The notes beneath the pieces were generated by a model that was not told the DNA's origin, did no database searches, and worked only from the letters and a program-made list of their open reading frames with translations. Shown here piece after piece: positions 46,871 through 56,561 of a stretch of 64,000 nucleotides of DNA. Source of the stretch: Nitrosopumilus sp. (lineage in GTDB: Bacteria > Desulfobacterota > Binatia > UBA1149 > SPBQ01); the NCBI GenBank assembly GCA_964225545.1, contig CAXQPB010000034.1, positions 23,853-87,852 on the forward strand. The letters run 5' to 3'. The first letter of the stretch is position 1. Each line of letters starts with the position of its first letter. The position numbers and the translations under genes are program-made.

Positions 46871-47545
46871 GTGTCCTCTACGAACAGCTTCTCCATCCAG
46901 CCCGAAAAAGTCCGCGCCGTGGTCTTCGACCTCGGTGGAGTCCTGATCGAGGGCGGCCCGTCCGAAGTGGTCGCTTTCGGCAGTAGAATCGGACTCGACC
47001 CCGAAAAATGGGAGGTCCTGCGACGGGAGATCTTCGGAAACGACAGTCCGTGGGCCCGACTCGAGCGCGGTGAACTCGACTTCGAGCACTTCATCGCAAC
47101 TTTGAAGGCCCGGCTCGCCGACAACGGCGTAGAGGTGAGCGACGAGGTCGCGCGAACGTTTCTCGGCGATCCGCGACCGCTCGGCGACACCGAAAAGCTG
47201 CGACCCGAGATGATCGATGCCGTGCGAAGGTTGAAGTCGGCGGTATCAACGGCGCTGCTTACCAACAACGTTCGGGAGTGGCGAAGCGGCTGGCGTGAGG
47301 CGATCGATCTGGACAGCCTGTTCGACGTCGTCATTGACTCCAGTGAAGTCGGCGCCCGCAAGCCGGAGCCGAAGATCTACGAAATCACCCGCGAAAAGCT
47401 CGACGTCGAAGCGGGCGAGATCCTCTTCGTCGACGATATAGGCCAGAACCTCAAGGCCGCTCACCGGCTCGGTTGGCAGACCCTGCTGTTCAAGGAGATC
47501 GCGCCGACGATCGAGGTCCTCGAAGCGGTGCTCGCCGGCCGATGA
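46871..47545 (+). CDS. HAD-superfamily hydrolase (subfamily IA)
   Basis: Motif [10 protein letters not shown] and the C-terminal motif FVDDIGQN are present. Confidence 0.7.
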   Translation: MSSTNSFSIQPEKVRAVVFDLGGVLIEGGPSEVVAFGSRIGLDPEKWEVLRREIFGNDSPWARLERGELDFEHFIATLKARLADNGVEVSDEVARTFLGDPRPLGDTEKLRPEMIDAVRRLKSAVSTALLTNNVREWRSGWREAIDLDSLFDVVIDSSEVGARKPEPKIYEITREKLDVEAGEILFVDDIGQNLKAAHRLGWQTLLFKEIAPTIEVLEAVLAGR

Positions 47546-49149
47546 GAAGGCTCGCCAGCCAGGTTCGACCGGGTTCGGAAGAGTTCCGCGCGAATGATGC
47601 GGCGATGCGAGCGCTGTCCGCCGAGTTGAAACAGCGATTGAAGGCAGCGTCGCGTGGCGGACCGGACCGCGCACGTGAGCTCCACGAGAGCCGGGGCAAG
47701 CTGCTTCCTCGCACGCGCGTCGAACGGCTGCTCGACCCCGGCTCCCCGTTCCTCGAGCTGTCGCCGCTGGCGGCGGGCGGCATGTACGACGATCAGGCCC
47801 CCGGCGCGTCGATCCTCACCGGGATCGGCACGATCCACGGACGCAAGACGGTGATCGTCGCCAATGACGCGACCGTCAAAGGCGGCACCTACTTCCCGAT
47901 GACGGTTAAGAAACACCTGCGCGCGCAGGAGATCGCTCTCGAGAATCGGCTGCCGACAATTTACCTCGTCGATTCCGGCGGCGCCTTCCTGCCGATGCAG
48001 GACGAGGTGTTCCCGGACCGGGATCACTTCGGTCGCATCTTCTACAACCAGGCCACGATGAGCGCTGCGGGCATCCCACAGATCGCGGTCGTCATGGGCT
48101 CGTGTACGGCCGGCGGCGCCTATGTCCCTGCGATGTGCGACGAATCGATTATCGTCCGCGAGCAGGGGACGATCTTCCTCGGCGGCCCGCCTCTGGTCAA
48201 AGCGGCCACCGGAGAGGAGGTCAGCGCGGAGGACCTCGGCGGTGGGGACGTCCATACGAGTCGATCCGGTGTGGTCGATCATCTCGCCGAAGACGATATC
48301 GATGCCATCCGCATCGCCCGTGAGATCTTCGAGAACCTCCCCGCCGAGAGGACGCCCGCGATCGAACTGACGGAGCCGGAGGCGCCGGCCTATGATGCGG
48401 CAGAGCTTTACGGCATCGTGCCGCCCGACAACCGTCGACCGTACGATGTTCGAGAGGTCATCGCGCGGATCGTCGACGGCAGCCGCGTTTCGGAATTCAA
48501 AGCGCGCTACGGAACGACGATCGTCACGGCGTTCGCACGTATTCACGGCATTCCGGTCGGAATCGTCGCCAACAACGGCGTGCTGTTCTCCGACTCCGCG
48601 TTGAAAGCGACGCACTTCATCGAGATGTGCTCGCAGCGCCACATCCCGCTGGTCTTCCTCCAGAACATCACCGGCTTCATGGTCGGACGCGACTACGAGG
48701 CGGGCGGAATCGCCAAGGACGGCGCCAAGATGGTCATGGCCGTGAGTAACGCCCGCGTCCCGAAGGTCACCGTGGTAATCGGCGCGTCCAACGGCGCGGG
48801 CAACTACGGGATGTGCGGCCGCGCCTACAGCCCCAGATTCCTGTTCATGTGGCCCAACGCCCGTATCTCGGTCATGGGCGGCGAACAGGCCGCGTCGGTC
48901 CTGCTCAGCGTCAAGCAGGCGCAGCTCGAAGCCGCCGGAAAGGCCATGAGCGAAAAAGAGCAGCAGGCCTTTCAGCAGCCGATCCTCGACAAGTACGACC
49001 GGGAGGGGAGTCCGTACTACAGCACGGCGCGCGTGTGGGACGACGGTGTGATCGATCCGGTGGATACCCGCGATGTGATCGGACTGTCGCTGGCGTCGAC
49101 CCTTGCGACCGCGGACGAGCCTTCGCGCTTCGGCGTCTTCCGCATGTAA
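47542..49149 (+). CDS. mccB: 3-methylcrotonyl-CoA carboxylase beta subunit (carboxyltransferase)
   Basis: Extended identity to MCCase beta: [66 protein letters not shown] and [16 protein letters not shown]. The ATG at 47542 overlaps the stop of the HAD gene. Confidence 0.8.
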   Translation: MRRLASQVRPGSEEFRANDAAMRALSAELKQRLKAASRGGPDRARELHESRGKLLPRTRVERLLDPGSPFLELSPLAAGGMYDDQAPGASILTGIGTIHGRKTVIVANDATVKGGTYFPMTVKKHLRAQEIALENRLPTIYLVDSGGAFLPMQDEVFPDRDHFGRIFYNQATMSAAGIPQIAVVMGSCTAGGAYVPAMCDESIIVREQGTIFLGGPPLVKAATGEEVSAEDLGGGDVHTSRSGVVDHLAEDDIDAIRIAREIFENLPAERTPAIELTEPEAPAYDAAELYGIVPPDNRRPYDVREVIARIVDGSRVSEFKARYGTTIVTAFARIHGIPVGIVANNGVLFSDSALKATHFIEMCSQRHIPLVFLQNITGFMVGRDYEAGGIAKDGAKMVMAVSNARVPKVTVVIGASNGAGNYGMCGRAYSPRFLFMWPNARISVMGGEQAASVLLSVKQAQLEAAGKAMSEKEQQAFQQPILDKYDREGSPYYSTARVWDDGVIDPVDTRDVIGLSLASTLATADEPSRFGVFRM

Positions 49150-49167
49150 CGGGGAGCGGGGCGCAAC

Positions 49168-50748
49168 GTGTCGGGACAACGTCGAAAGAGCCATGACGGC
49201 AAGCCTGCGCGCAAGCCGATTCAGCGGCTGCTGATCGCAAACCGGTCGGAGATCGCGTGCCGGATCATCCGTACGGCGCGCGACATGGGCATCGAGACCG
49301 TCGCCGTTTACTCCGAGCCCGACAGGCCAGCGGCGCATGTATCGCTGGCCGATCAGGCGGTCGCGCTCGGCGGCGATTCGCCCGCGACGAGCTATCTGAG
49401 CATCGAGAGAGTGATCGACGCAGCCCGGAAGTCGGGTGCCGACGCGGTCCATCCCGGCTACGGCTTCCTCGCCGAAAACTCCGGGTTCGCCGCCGCCTGT
49501 TCGGCCGCCGGCCTGACGTTCGTCGGACCCGCCCCGGGGGCGATCGACGCCATGGGCGACAAGATCCGCGCGCGGGAGCTGGCACGCGACTGCAAGCTCC
49601 CGCTGGTCCCGGCTGCCGAGCTGACAGGAGATGCGAAGCCCGACGCGAAGGCGGCCTCCGCGCTCGGCTACCCCGTGCTGGTCAAAGCAGCGGCGGGCGG
49701 CGGCGGACGCGGCATGCGCATTGTCGAGACAGCAGATGCGCTCGAAGACGCCGTCGCGGCGGCCAGGCGGGAAGCCGCGAGCGCGTTCGGCGACGACCGC
49801 GTTTTTCTCGAGAAGTATCTCTCCGAGCCGCATCACATCGAGATTCAGATCTTCGGCGACGGCAACGGCGGCGTCGTTCACCTTGGCGAGCGCGAATGCT
49901 CCGTGCAGCGTCGTCACCAGACGATCATCGAAGAGGCCCCCTCACCGATGGTCGGACCGGCGCTGCGCGATCGTATGGGCGAAGCGGCCATACGACTGGC
50001 CGGCTCGATGGACTACGCGGGCGCAGGGACCGTCGAGTTCATCGTCGACGGCAGCGGCGATTTCTACTTCCTGGAGATGAACACCCGACTCCAGGTCGAA
50101 CACGCCGTGACGGAGATGATCACCTCTACGGACCTTGTCCGCTGGCAACTCGAAGTCGCCTCCGGCTCGGGGCTGCCGATTGGAGTCGGCCACACCCCTG
50201 CCGGCTCCGGACATGCGATCGAGTGTCGTATCTACGCGGAAGATCCGTCAGCCGGGTTTTTGCCGACTGCGGGGCGGGTCGAGCGCGTCGAACATCCGGC
50301 CGGGCCCGGGATACGGGTCGACTCCGCGCTCTACGACGGCTTCGACGTCCCTCTCGAGTACGACCCGATGCTCGCGAAGATCGTCGCGTGGGCGCCCGAT
50401 CGCGCGCAGGCGATCGAGCGGATGCGCGGAGCGCTGCGCGAGACAGCGATCCTCGGCGTAGGAACCAATGTCGCGTTTCTTCTCGACATCCTGGCTGACC
50501 CCTCCTTCCGCGACGGCACCTTCACGACCACCACGGTCGGCGAGCGCTACGCAGACTGGAGGCCCGACCCGAGCGGCCTGTCGATCGCTGCAGCAGCGGC
50601 AGCGATCCTCTGCGCCGCAGCCGTGCCACCCGGCGGCGACCGCGCCGCGCGCGGGACGGCCGCCAGCATCACCGATCCGTGGCAAACGCTGGCCGGATGG
50701 CGACACGGACGGAGGGCGGAGCCGGCAGAACGAGGCGACGAGGAATAA
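49168..50748 (+). CDS. Biotin carboxylase (alpha subunit of MCC, biotin carboxylase domain only; no BCCP domain)
   Basis: The ATP-grasp biotin carboxylase region IQRLLIANRSEIACRII...GGGGRGMRIV is present. A GTG start is preceded by GGGGAG. The ORF ends at TAA 50746-50748 before any biotinyl domain. Confidence 0.8.
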   Translation: MSGQRRKSHDGKPARKPIQRLLIANRSEIACRIIRTARDMGIETVAVYSEPDRPAAHVSLADQAVALGGDSPATSYLSIERVIDAARKSGADAVHPGYGFLAENSGFAAACSAAGLTFVGPAPGAIDAMGDKIRARELARDCKLPLVPAAELTGDAKPDAKAASALGYPVLVKAAAGGGGRGMRIVETADALEDAVAAARREAASAFGDDRVFLEKYLSEPHHIEIQIFGDGNGGVVHLGERECSVQRRHQTIIEEAPSPMVGPALRDRMGEAAIRLAGSMDYAGAGTVEFIVDGSGDFYFLEMNTRLQVEHAVTEMITSTDLVRWQLEVASGSGLPIGVGHTPAGSGHAIECRIYAEDPSAGFLPTAGRVERVEHPAGPGIRVDSALYDGFDVPLEYDPMLAKIVAWAPDRAQAIERMRGALRETAILGVGTNVAFLLDILADPSFRDGTFTTTTVGERYADWRPDPSGLSIAAAAAAILCAAAVPPGGDRAARGTAASITDPWQTLAGWRHGRRAEPAERGDEE

Positions 50749-50755
50749 CCCCGGA

Positions 50756-51301
50756 ATGAGCTCGCAATACGAGATCGAGGGCAGGAGGCTGCGGTTGGAG
50801 TTGCGATCCGTCGATTCGGGATCGGTTGTGACCGTTGCCAACGACACCGCCGACGAGCGTTCCGACAAGCCTTCCGACGACAGCCTCACACCCGAGATCC
50901 GGCTCGAGGGCTTCAGCGTGGATGCGCGCTTCGTAACGCTCCGTATCGGCGGCCGCTCTCACCGCCTGGCCTACCATCGAGACGGGAAGACGCTCAGCAT
51001 CGCGGTAGACGGCCGTGTCTTCGAGTTCCGGCCGTACGACGAGGACGACGCCCCGGAGGCGGTCGCAGGCGCATTCCAGCGAGAGATCATCTCGCCGATG
51101 CCCGGAAAGGTTCTCGAAGTCCTGGTCAGCAGCGGCGACACCGTGGCCGTGGACGCGCCGCTGTTCCTCGTCGAGGCCATGAAGATGGAGCAGACCGTGC
51201 GCGCGGCATCGCCGGCGCTTGTCGAGCGAGTCTTCGTCGAGCCGGGGTCCCGCGTCGGCCCCGGGGACACGCTGTGTACGCTCGCTCCTGTCGAAGACTG
51301 A
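50756..51301 (+). CDS. Stand-alone biotin carboxyl carrier protein (biotinyl/lipoyl domain, EAMKM)
   Basis: The C-terminal PMPGKVLEVLVSSGDTVAVDAPLFLVEAMKMEQTV motif is present. The ATG lies 8 nt after the carboxylase stop, in a different frame. Confidence 0.7.
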   Translation: MSSQYEIEGRRLRLELRSVDSGSVVTVANDTADERSDKPSDDSLTPEIRLEGFSVDARFVTLRIGGRSHRLAYHRDGKTLSIAVDGRVFEFRPYDEDDAPEAVAGAFQREIISPMPGKVLEVLVSSGDTVAVDAPLFLVEAMKMEQTVRAASPALVERVFVEPGSRVGPGDTLCTLAPVED

Positions 51302-51321
51302 AGCCGCCGACAACGCGTCGG

Positions 51322-52263
51322 TCAGTCGCCGCCGAAGACGGTCCCCACCTCGAGCCCTGCAGCCGCCGCCACCTCGGCTGCCGGCCCTTTTTTGATCGGC
51401 GTGTCGCCGCCGACCGCGAGTTTTGTCACGGTCACGAGGCCGTCGGCTGCGGCAACACGCAGGCCGTGGGTATCGATTGAAACCACGGTTCCGGGTGCCG
51501 CCGCGACGTCGGTCGCTTCGCCTCCACTGCGCGAACCGTAAAGACGGACAGGCACTGCCTGCCAGCGCGTGAAGGCACCGGGTGCCGGGTCGCAGCCGCG
51601 AATCAGGTTGTGAAGCTCTTGGCACGACCGAGTCCAGTCGACACCGGCGTGCTCGTCCTTGCAGAGAGGATCGTGTGTGGCCTTGCTCTCATCCTGTACA
51701 ACGCCTTCGAGGCTTCCGGCCAGCAAGCCCTCGACGACTTCGAGCGTGGCTGCGATCCCCGGCTCGAACACACGCGAGTAGTAGTAGGACCCGGCCGAAT
51801 CGTCCGGACCGATCTCGAGCTCACGACACAGATAAATCGGACCGCTGTCGATACCGTCATCCGGCCGGAACAGCGTGACTCCCCCCCGCGTCTCGCCATG
51901 GATCAGCTGCCACGCGATGGCCGATCCCCCGCGATAGGCGGGCAGGAGCGATGGATGAAAACACACCGAGGCAAGTCGGGGCGCGTCGAGGATCTCGCGC
52001 GGAATGATCTGGGTCACGAACGCCAGCACCCCCAGGTCGGCACCTGCCGCGTCGACCTCGCTTGCGGCCTCGGCGTTGCGGTAGGATTTCCGCTGCACGA
52101 CACGAAGACCGGACTCGAGAGCCTTCTCCTTGAGAGGGTCGAGCGGACGGCCCCGGGAATCGGGCGGCACGCAGACCGCCGTCACCTCGTGACCCGCCGC
52201 GAGGATCCCCTCGAGCACACGTGAACCGAAAGCCGCCTGACCGAACAGTAAAATTTTCGCCAT
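51322..52263 (-). CDS. Formyltransferase family protein (Fmt-like, N- and C-terminal formyl transferase domains)
   Basis: HPSLLPAYRGGSAIAWQLIHGE is the catalytic motif. I placed the start at MAKILLFGQ. Confidence 0.7.
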   Translation of the reverse strand: MAKILLFGQAAFGSRVLEGILAAGHEVTAVCVPPDSRGRPLDPLKEKALESGLRVVQRKSYRNAEAASEVDAAGADLGVLAFVTQIIPREILDAPRLASVCFHPSLLPAYRGGSAIAWQLIHGETRGGVTLFRPDDGIDSGPIYLCRELEIGPDDSAGSYYYSRVFEPGIAATLEVVEGLLAGSLEGVVQDESKATHDPLCKDEHAGVDWTRSCQELHNLIRGCDPAPGAFTRWQAVPVRLYGSRSGGEATDVAAAPGTVVSIDTHGLRVAAADGLVTVTKLAVGGDTPIKKGPAAEVAAAAGLEVGTVFGGD

Positions 52264-52502
52264 GACCCCACACCACTGGCGAGAGCGGGGAGCCGTCGCA
52301 AGCCGTGGGCGCGGGGCAAGCGCGCCCCGGCGACTGCCCCGCTCTGGTTGCGTGCCCGGGCGGCCCGTGGTACCCGGTAAGGGTTCCGGTTGTTCCAACT
52401 ACGCGCCTTGGGCACACCAAAGCGCCGCCAGCGCAGCAGCGAACCGGCAAATCAGCAGAAAAGCGGGTGACCTGAAGTCACCGGCATCAGGAGGAATCGA
52501 GC

Positions 52503-53249
52503 GTGAAGATTCTCGTACCCGTCAAACGGGTCCCGGATTACGAGACGAAAATCAAGATCAACCCCGAGGGCAACGGCATCATCGAAGCCGGCGTCAAATG
52601 GGTGGTCAACCCGTTCTGCGAGCTCGCCATCGAAGAAGCTCTGCGGATCAAGGAAGCGAAGGGCGACGTCGAAGTCGTGCTCGTATCCGTCGGCACTGCG
52701 GACAGCCAGGAGCAACTCCGCACGGGTCTCGCCATGGGCGCCGACCGCGCGATCCTCGTGACCGCGGACGCCGCCGACACGTGGGCCGTCGCCCGCATCC
52801 TCGTCAAGATGGTCGAGAAAGAGAGCCCGGATATTCTTCTCATGGGCAAGCAGGCCATCGACGACGACTCGAACGTGGTCGGACAGATCGTCGCGGAGCT
52901 GCTCGGCTGGCCGCAGGCCACTTTCATCTCGGAGCTCGAGATGACCGACGGCGGCGCACAGTGCGTGCGTGAGATCGACGGCGGCCTGCAGACCGTGAAG
53001 ATGGGGCTGCCGGCGGTCATCACCGCGGACCTGCGACTCAACGAGCCGCGCTACGCCTCGCTCCCCGGGATCATGAAGGCCCGCAAGAAGCCCCTCGAAG
53101 AGATCGAAGCCTCATCGCTGGGCGTCGACCTCACACCGCGCCTTACGGTCAAGAGCATGTCCCCGCCTTCGGAGCGTCAAGCCGGCCGCACGGTGGAGTC
53201 GGTGGATGAGCTGATCACGGCACTGCAGTCCGAGGCCAAGGTCCTGTAA
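52503..53249 (+). CDS. etfB: Electron transfer flavoprotein beta subunit
   Basis: MKILVPVKRVPDYETKIKIN... is the canonical EtfB. Confidence 0.9.
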   Translation: MKILVPVKRVPDYETKIKINPEGNGIIEAGVKWVVNPFCELAIEEALRIKEAKGDVEVVLVSVGTADSQEQLRTGLAMGADRAILVTADAADTWAVARILVKMVEKESPDILLMGKQAIDDDSNVVGQIVAELLGWPQATFISELEMTDGGAQCVREIDGGLQTVKMGLPAVITADLRLNEPRYASLPGIMKARKKPLEEIEASSLGVDLTPRLTVKSMSPPSERQAGRTVESVDELITALQSEAKVL

Positions 53250-53284
53250 GGGCCGTTTCCTCGAGAGGACAAGGAGAGAGATTC

Positions 53285-54247
53285 GTGAGTAACGTACTGA
53301 TTTACGCTGAGCACGCACACGGCGACCTGCCGAAGGCGACGGCGATTGCGGTCGCAGCCGGCAAGAAGGCTGCTTCGATCACCGGCGGGGAGACCGTCCT
53401 CGCCGTTCTGGCGGACGACCTCTCGGGCCTGGCCGAGAAGGCCGCTGCGCTGGGCACGACCAAGGTCGTGACCATCGAGAACCCGCTGCTGGCGCATGCC
53501 AACGCGGACGTCACCGCCGCGGCCCTGAAGGCGGTCGCCGACAGCACCGGCTGCACATTCGTGGTGTTCGCATCGACGACGACCGGAAAGGACGTCGCGC
53601 CTCGCCTCGCGGGCGCGATGGACGCGGCGATCGCGACCGATGTGACAGGCATCAACGACGACGGCACCCTGGTACGGCCGATGTACGCGGGCAACGCTTT
53701 CGCCACTGTCGAGTTGCACGGCGAGAAGAAGATCATCACCGTCCGAACCACCGCCTTCGACGCGGACGCCGGCGGCGGCAGCTCAGCAGTCGAGGCGGGG
53801 TCGGCCGATGTCGCGGCACCGGCGAACCCGATCGAGTTCGTGAGCGCCGAAGAGACCAAATCCGACCGGCCTGTCCTCACGGAGGCCGAGCGTGTTGTCT
53901 CGGGCGGTCGCGGTCTGAAGTCCGGCGAGAACTTCACGACGGTTCTCGAGCCCCTCGTCGATGCGAGGGGTGCCGCGATGGGCGCGAGCCGTGCGGCAGT
54001 CGATGCCGGTTACGTGCCCAACGACCTGCAGGTCGGTCAGACCGGAAAGGTCGTCGCGCCGACGCTGTACATCGCGGTCGGCATCTCGGGCGCCATCCAG
54101 CACCTCGCGGGGATGAAGGACTCGAAGGTCATCGTATCCATCAACAAAGACGCGGAGGCGCCGATCTTCTCGATCTCCGACTACGGGCTCGTCGCCGATC
54201 TGTTCGAGGCGGTCCCGGAGATGACGGAAAAGGTCAAGAGCCTCTGA
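53285..54247 (+). CDS. etfA: Electron transfer flavoprotein alpha subunit
   Basis: A GTG start is present, and the C-terminal FAD-binding region is [32 protein letters not shown]. Confidence 0.9.
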   Translation: MSNVLIYAEHAHGDLPKATAIAVAAGKKAASITGGETVLAVLADDLSGLAEKAAALGTTKVVTIENPLLAHANADVTAAALKAVADSTGCTFVVFASTTTGKDVAPRLAGAMDAAIATDVTGINDDGTLVRPMYAGNAFATVELHGEKKIITVRTTAFDADAGGGSSAVEAGSADVAAPANPIEFVSAEETKSDRPVLTEAERVVSGGRGLKSGENFTTVLEPLVDARGAAMGASRAAVDAGYVPNDLQVGQTGKVVAPTLYIAVGISGAIQHLAGMKDSKVIVSINKDAEAPIFSISDYGLVADLFEAVPEMTEKVKSL

Positions 54248-54274
54248 GATTCGACCCTCGACGGACGATACGGT

Positions 54275-56230
54275 TCACGCGCTGATCGGCTCGTGGGCCG
54301 TATCGTCGTCGGCCGGGTCGCTCGCACTCACAGCGAGCACCGGCTTCAGCACCTCGCGAATCATCGCCAGCACATCCCGGTCTCTTTCCTCGATCAGCTC
54401 GAATTTTCTGAAGGTCTTCAGGACCCCCATCTCGGCGAGCCGCACGTCCAGCGACGTATCATCGAGCGCTGTCAGAACGACCGTAGGAATCTCCACACCG
54501 CTCTCTTCGAGACGAGCGAGGATGCGGTAGCCGTCGAGGCCCGGCGCTGCGAGGTCGAGGATCATCGCGTCCGGTCGATCGTGCAGGGCCATTTCAATGC
54601 CATCGACACCGTTGAACGATCTCGTGACCGAGTACCCTGCCTCGCCGAGCTCGAATTCCATGACCGCGCTATACTCCTCGTCCGCCTCGATCACAAGAAT
54701 GTTACCGGAGCCGCCGATCGCAGCCTCGAGGGCCTTTCGAACCGGCTCGGTATCGGTCCGGGGAGACACTTCGATCAGACCCTCGCGAATCGAATGCAGC
54801 AGGAGGTGACGAACTCCGGCAAAGCGCAGGCGCTGCTCGAACGCTTCGGTCACGTTCCAGGCGAAGGCTGAAGACAGAACGACGATCTCGGGAGCCTCGA
54901 GTTCACAGAGGTCATCGAGTTCCCGAACACTCGTACAGACCATTGACTCCACATCCTGCAAGCGCAGAGCCCTGACCGCGCATTCAGCGAGCAGCGCATT
55001 CTGCATCACGAGCGCGACGCGAGGCGCCGAGTGCTCCTCCTCCCGGCTGCCGGGTCCTATCTGTGGCTCATCCACCAGACCCGCGACGGGGAGCACGAGC
55101 GAGAATTCCGAGCCCGACCCGGAAACACTGGAGACCTCCAGTCTCCCATCGTGGCGCGTCGCAATACGCTGGACCAGCGCCAGCCCGAGCCCCGGTCCCA
55201 CGCCATGGCCGCCACGCTCGCCGCCGACTTCGAGGTTGCCGTGCCCCGGATCCGCATGGCAGCCGAGAATCTTTACCAGCTCCGCCGGACATATCCCGAC
55301 CCCGGTGTCTTTGACGCCGATGCGGAGCTCACCGCCCCCCGTCACACGCGCATCGAGGGTGACGCGGCCGCCGCTCGGTGTGAACTTGACCGCATTCGAC
55401 AGCAGCTTCTCGAGCGCCTGCCCGATGCGCTGACCGTCGGCGCGCACGGTCGGCAGGCCCTCCGGAACGTGAACCGACCATTCCAGTCCACGTTGATGAG
55501 CCTCGACCTCGCAACGTCTGGCCGCCTCGTGAATCACGCCGGCGATGTGAAGTTCGCCCGGGTTCCAGTCCAGGGTGTCGGATTCGATCTTGAGCAGGTC
55601 GAGCAGGTCTCCGATGGACCGCACGAGACGATTCCCTTCGTTCACGATGCTGTCACCGAATCGCGCTACCACCTCGGGCTGACTGGCGTGATGCCGCTGG
55701 ATGATTCGCGCAGCCGAGACCATCGCACTCACAGGCGTGCGCAGCTCGTGTGAAACGGTGGAGAAAAATCGCAGCCGCTCACGTGCAGACCTCTCCAGCG
55801 TCGAGAGATCCGATTCGAGATCGTGGATGCGCTCGCGAGAAGCCGAGCGCTCGGCAGCGACAACGGCTTCGATCCGGGAGAACCTGTCTTCGAGGGCGGC
55901 AAATTCGCCCGCGACCTCGCCGTCGCTCCTGAAAGACTCGCCGGCCGAAGCGCTTCCCTTTCCGGCGTTCGCGGCAATCTCATCGAGCTGGGTCAGCAGG
56001 CGGTCCGTCAGCAAACGAGCGAGCAGGAAAGACAGCCCGAGCGCGCCGATAACGACCAGAAACGTCCAGTGCCGGAAAGAGAACCCTCCGATCCGGTTCT
56101 CGTAGAAGAACGCGCCACCGACCGCGATCAGGAGCAGCATCGGACCTGCGGCCGCCGTAAAGACCGCCAGCAGGAGTTGCCCGCCGAGCGGTATCGGTTT
56201 TTTCAGTCCCTGAATCAGCCTTGATTGCAT
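54275..56230 (-). CDS. Hybrid sensor histidine kinase with two C-terminal receiver domains
   Basis: N-terminal TM helices, the H-box STVSHELRTP, an HATPase region (GVGLGLALVQRI) and two REC domains are present. The gene converges on etfA. Confidence 0.75.
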   Translation of the reverse strand: MQSRLIQGLKKPIPLGGQLLLAVFTAAAGPMLLLIAVGGAFFYENRIGGFSFRHWTFLVVIGALGLSFLLARLLTDRLLTQLDEIAANAGKGSASAGESFRSDGEVAGEFAALEDRFSRIEAVVAAERSASRERIHDLESDLSTLERSARERLRFFSTVSHELRTPVSAMVSAARIIQRHHASQPEVVARFGDSIVNEGNRLVRSIGDLLDLLKIESDTLDWNPGELHIAGVIHEAARRCEVEAHQRGLEWSVHVPEGLPTVRADGQRIGQALEKLLSNAVKFTPSGGRVTLDARVTGGGELRIGVKDTGVGICPAELVKILGCHADPGHGNLEVGGERGGHGVGPGLGLALVQRIATRHDGRLEVSSVSGSGSEFSLVLPVAGLVDEPQIGPGSREEEHSAPRVALVMQNALLAECAVRALRLQDVESMVCTSVRELDDLCELEAPEIVVLSSAFAWNVTEAFEQRLRFAGVRHLLLHSIREGLIEVSPRTDTEPVRKALEAAIGGSGNILVIEADEEYSAVMEFELGEAGYSVTRSFNGVDGIEMALHDRPDAMILDLAAPGLDGYRILARLEESGVEIPTVVLTALDDTSLDVRLAEMGVLKTFRKFELIEERDRDVLAMIREVLKPVLAVSASDPADDDTAHEPISA

Positions 56231-56561
56231 CTGCGTATGCCCTGTCAGAGCGCATACAGCGCGCGACCTGCGAGTGAGAATCGTCAATTTTCGGACGGAT
56301 CCACGGGCGGTAAAGACGCCATTCGGCTGTCAGTTCGCGAGGGGATCAGGGGGCAAGTCAGCAGAAAACGTGCCAGCAGAGACACGCAATACGCTCGAAT
56401 GTCATGTTGTCGGGACAGGGCAGAGACAGGAAAAGACAGGCACTGCCGGCCAGGAACGGATCCGGCGATGCGACACGGAGGTGGCTCGAGCAGAGGCCAG
56501 TCAAAGGCACCGGGGGGTCGCGCTGCCGCCCCCCGGTGCTCTCGTCTTCAGAGGAACGCGC

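Noticed and set aside
47461-49917. 818-aa minus-strand ORF antisense to mccB and the biotin carboxylase gene
   Set aside because: Same reasoning. The sense-strand products have extensive motif-level identity to characterised enzymes, and the antisense product is compositionally biased.
50700-50800. Split biotin carboxylase and BCCP as a simple sequencing frameshift
   Set aside because: Fusing the two ORFs would need both removal of a TAA stop and a frame change. A single indel cannot do this, so I treat it provisionally as a genuine split and report it as a finding.
51302-51321. Short 5-bp inverted repeat (CCGACaacgcGTCGG) between the convergent BCCP and formyltransferase genes
   Set aside because: The stem is too short and imperfect to call a terminator with any confidence.
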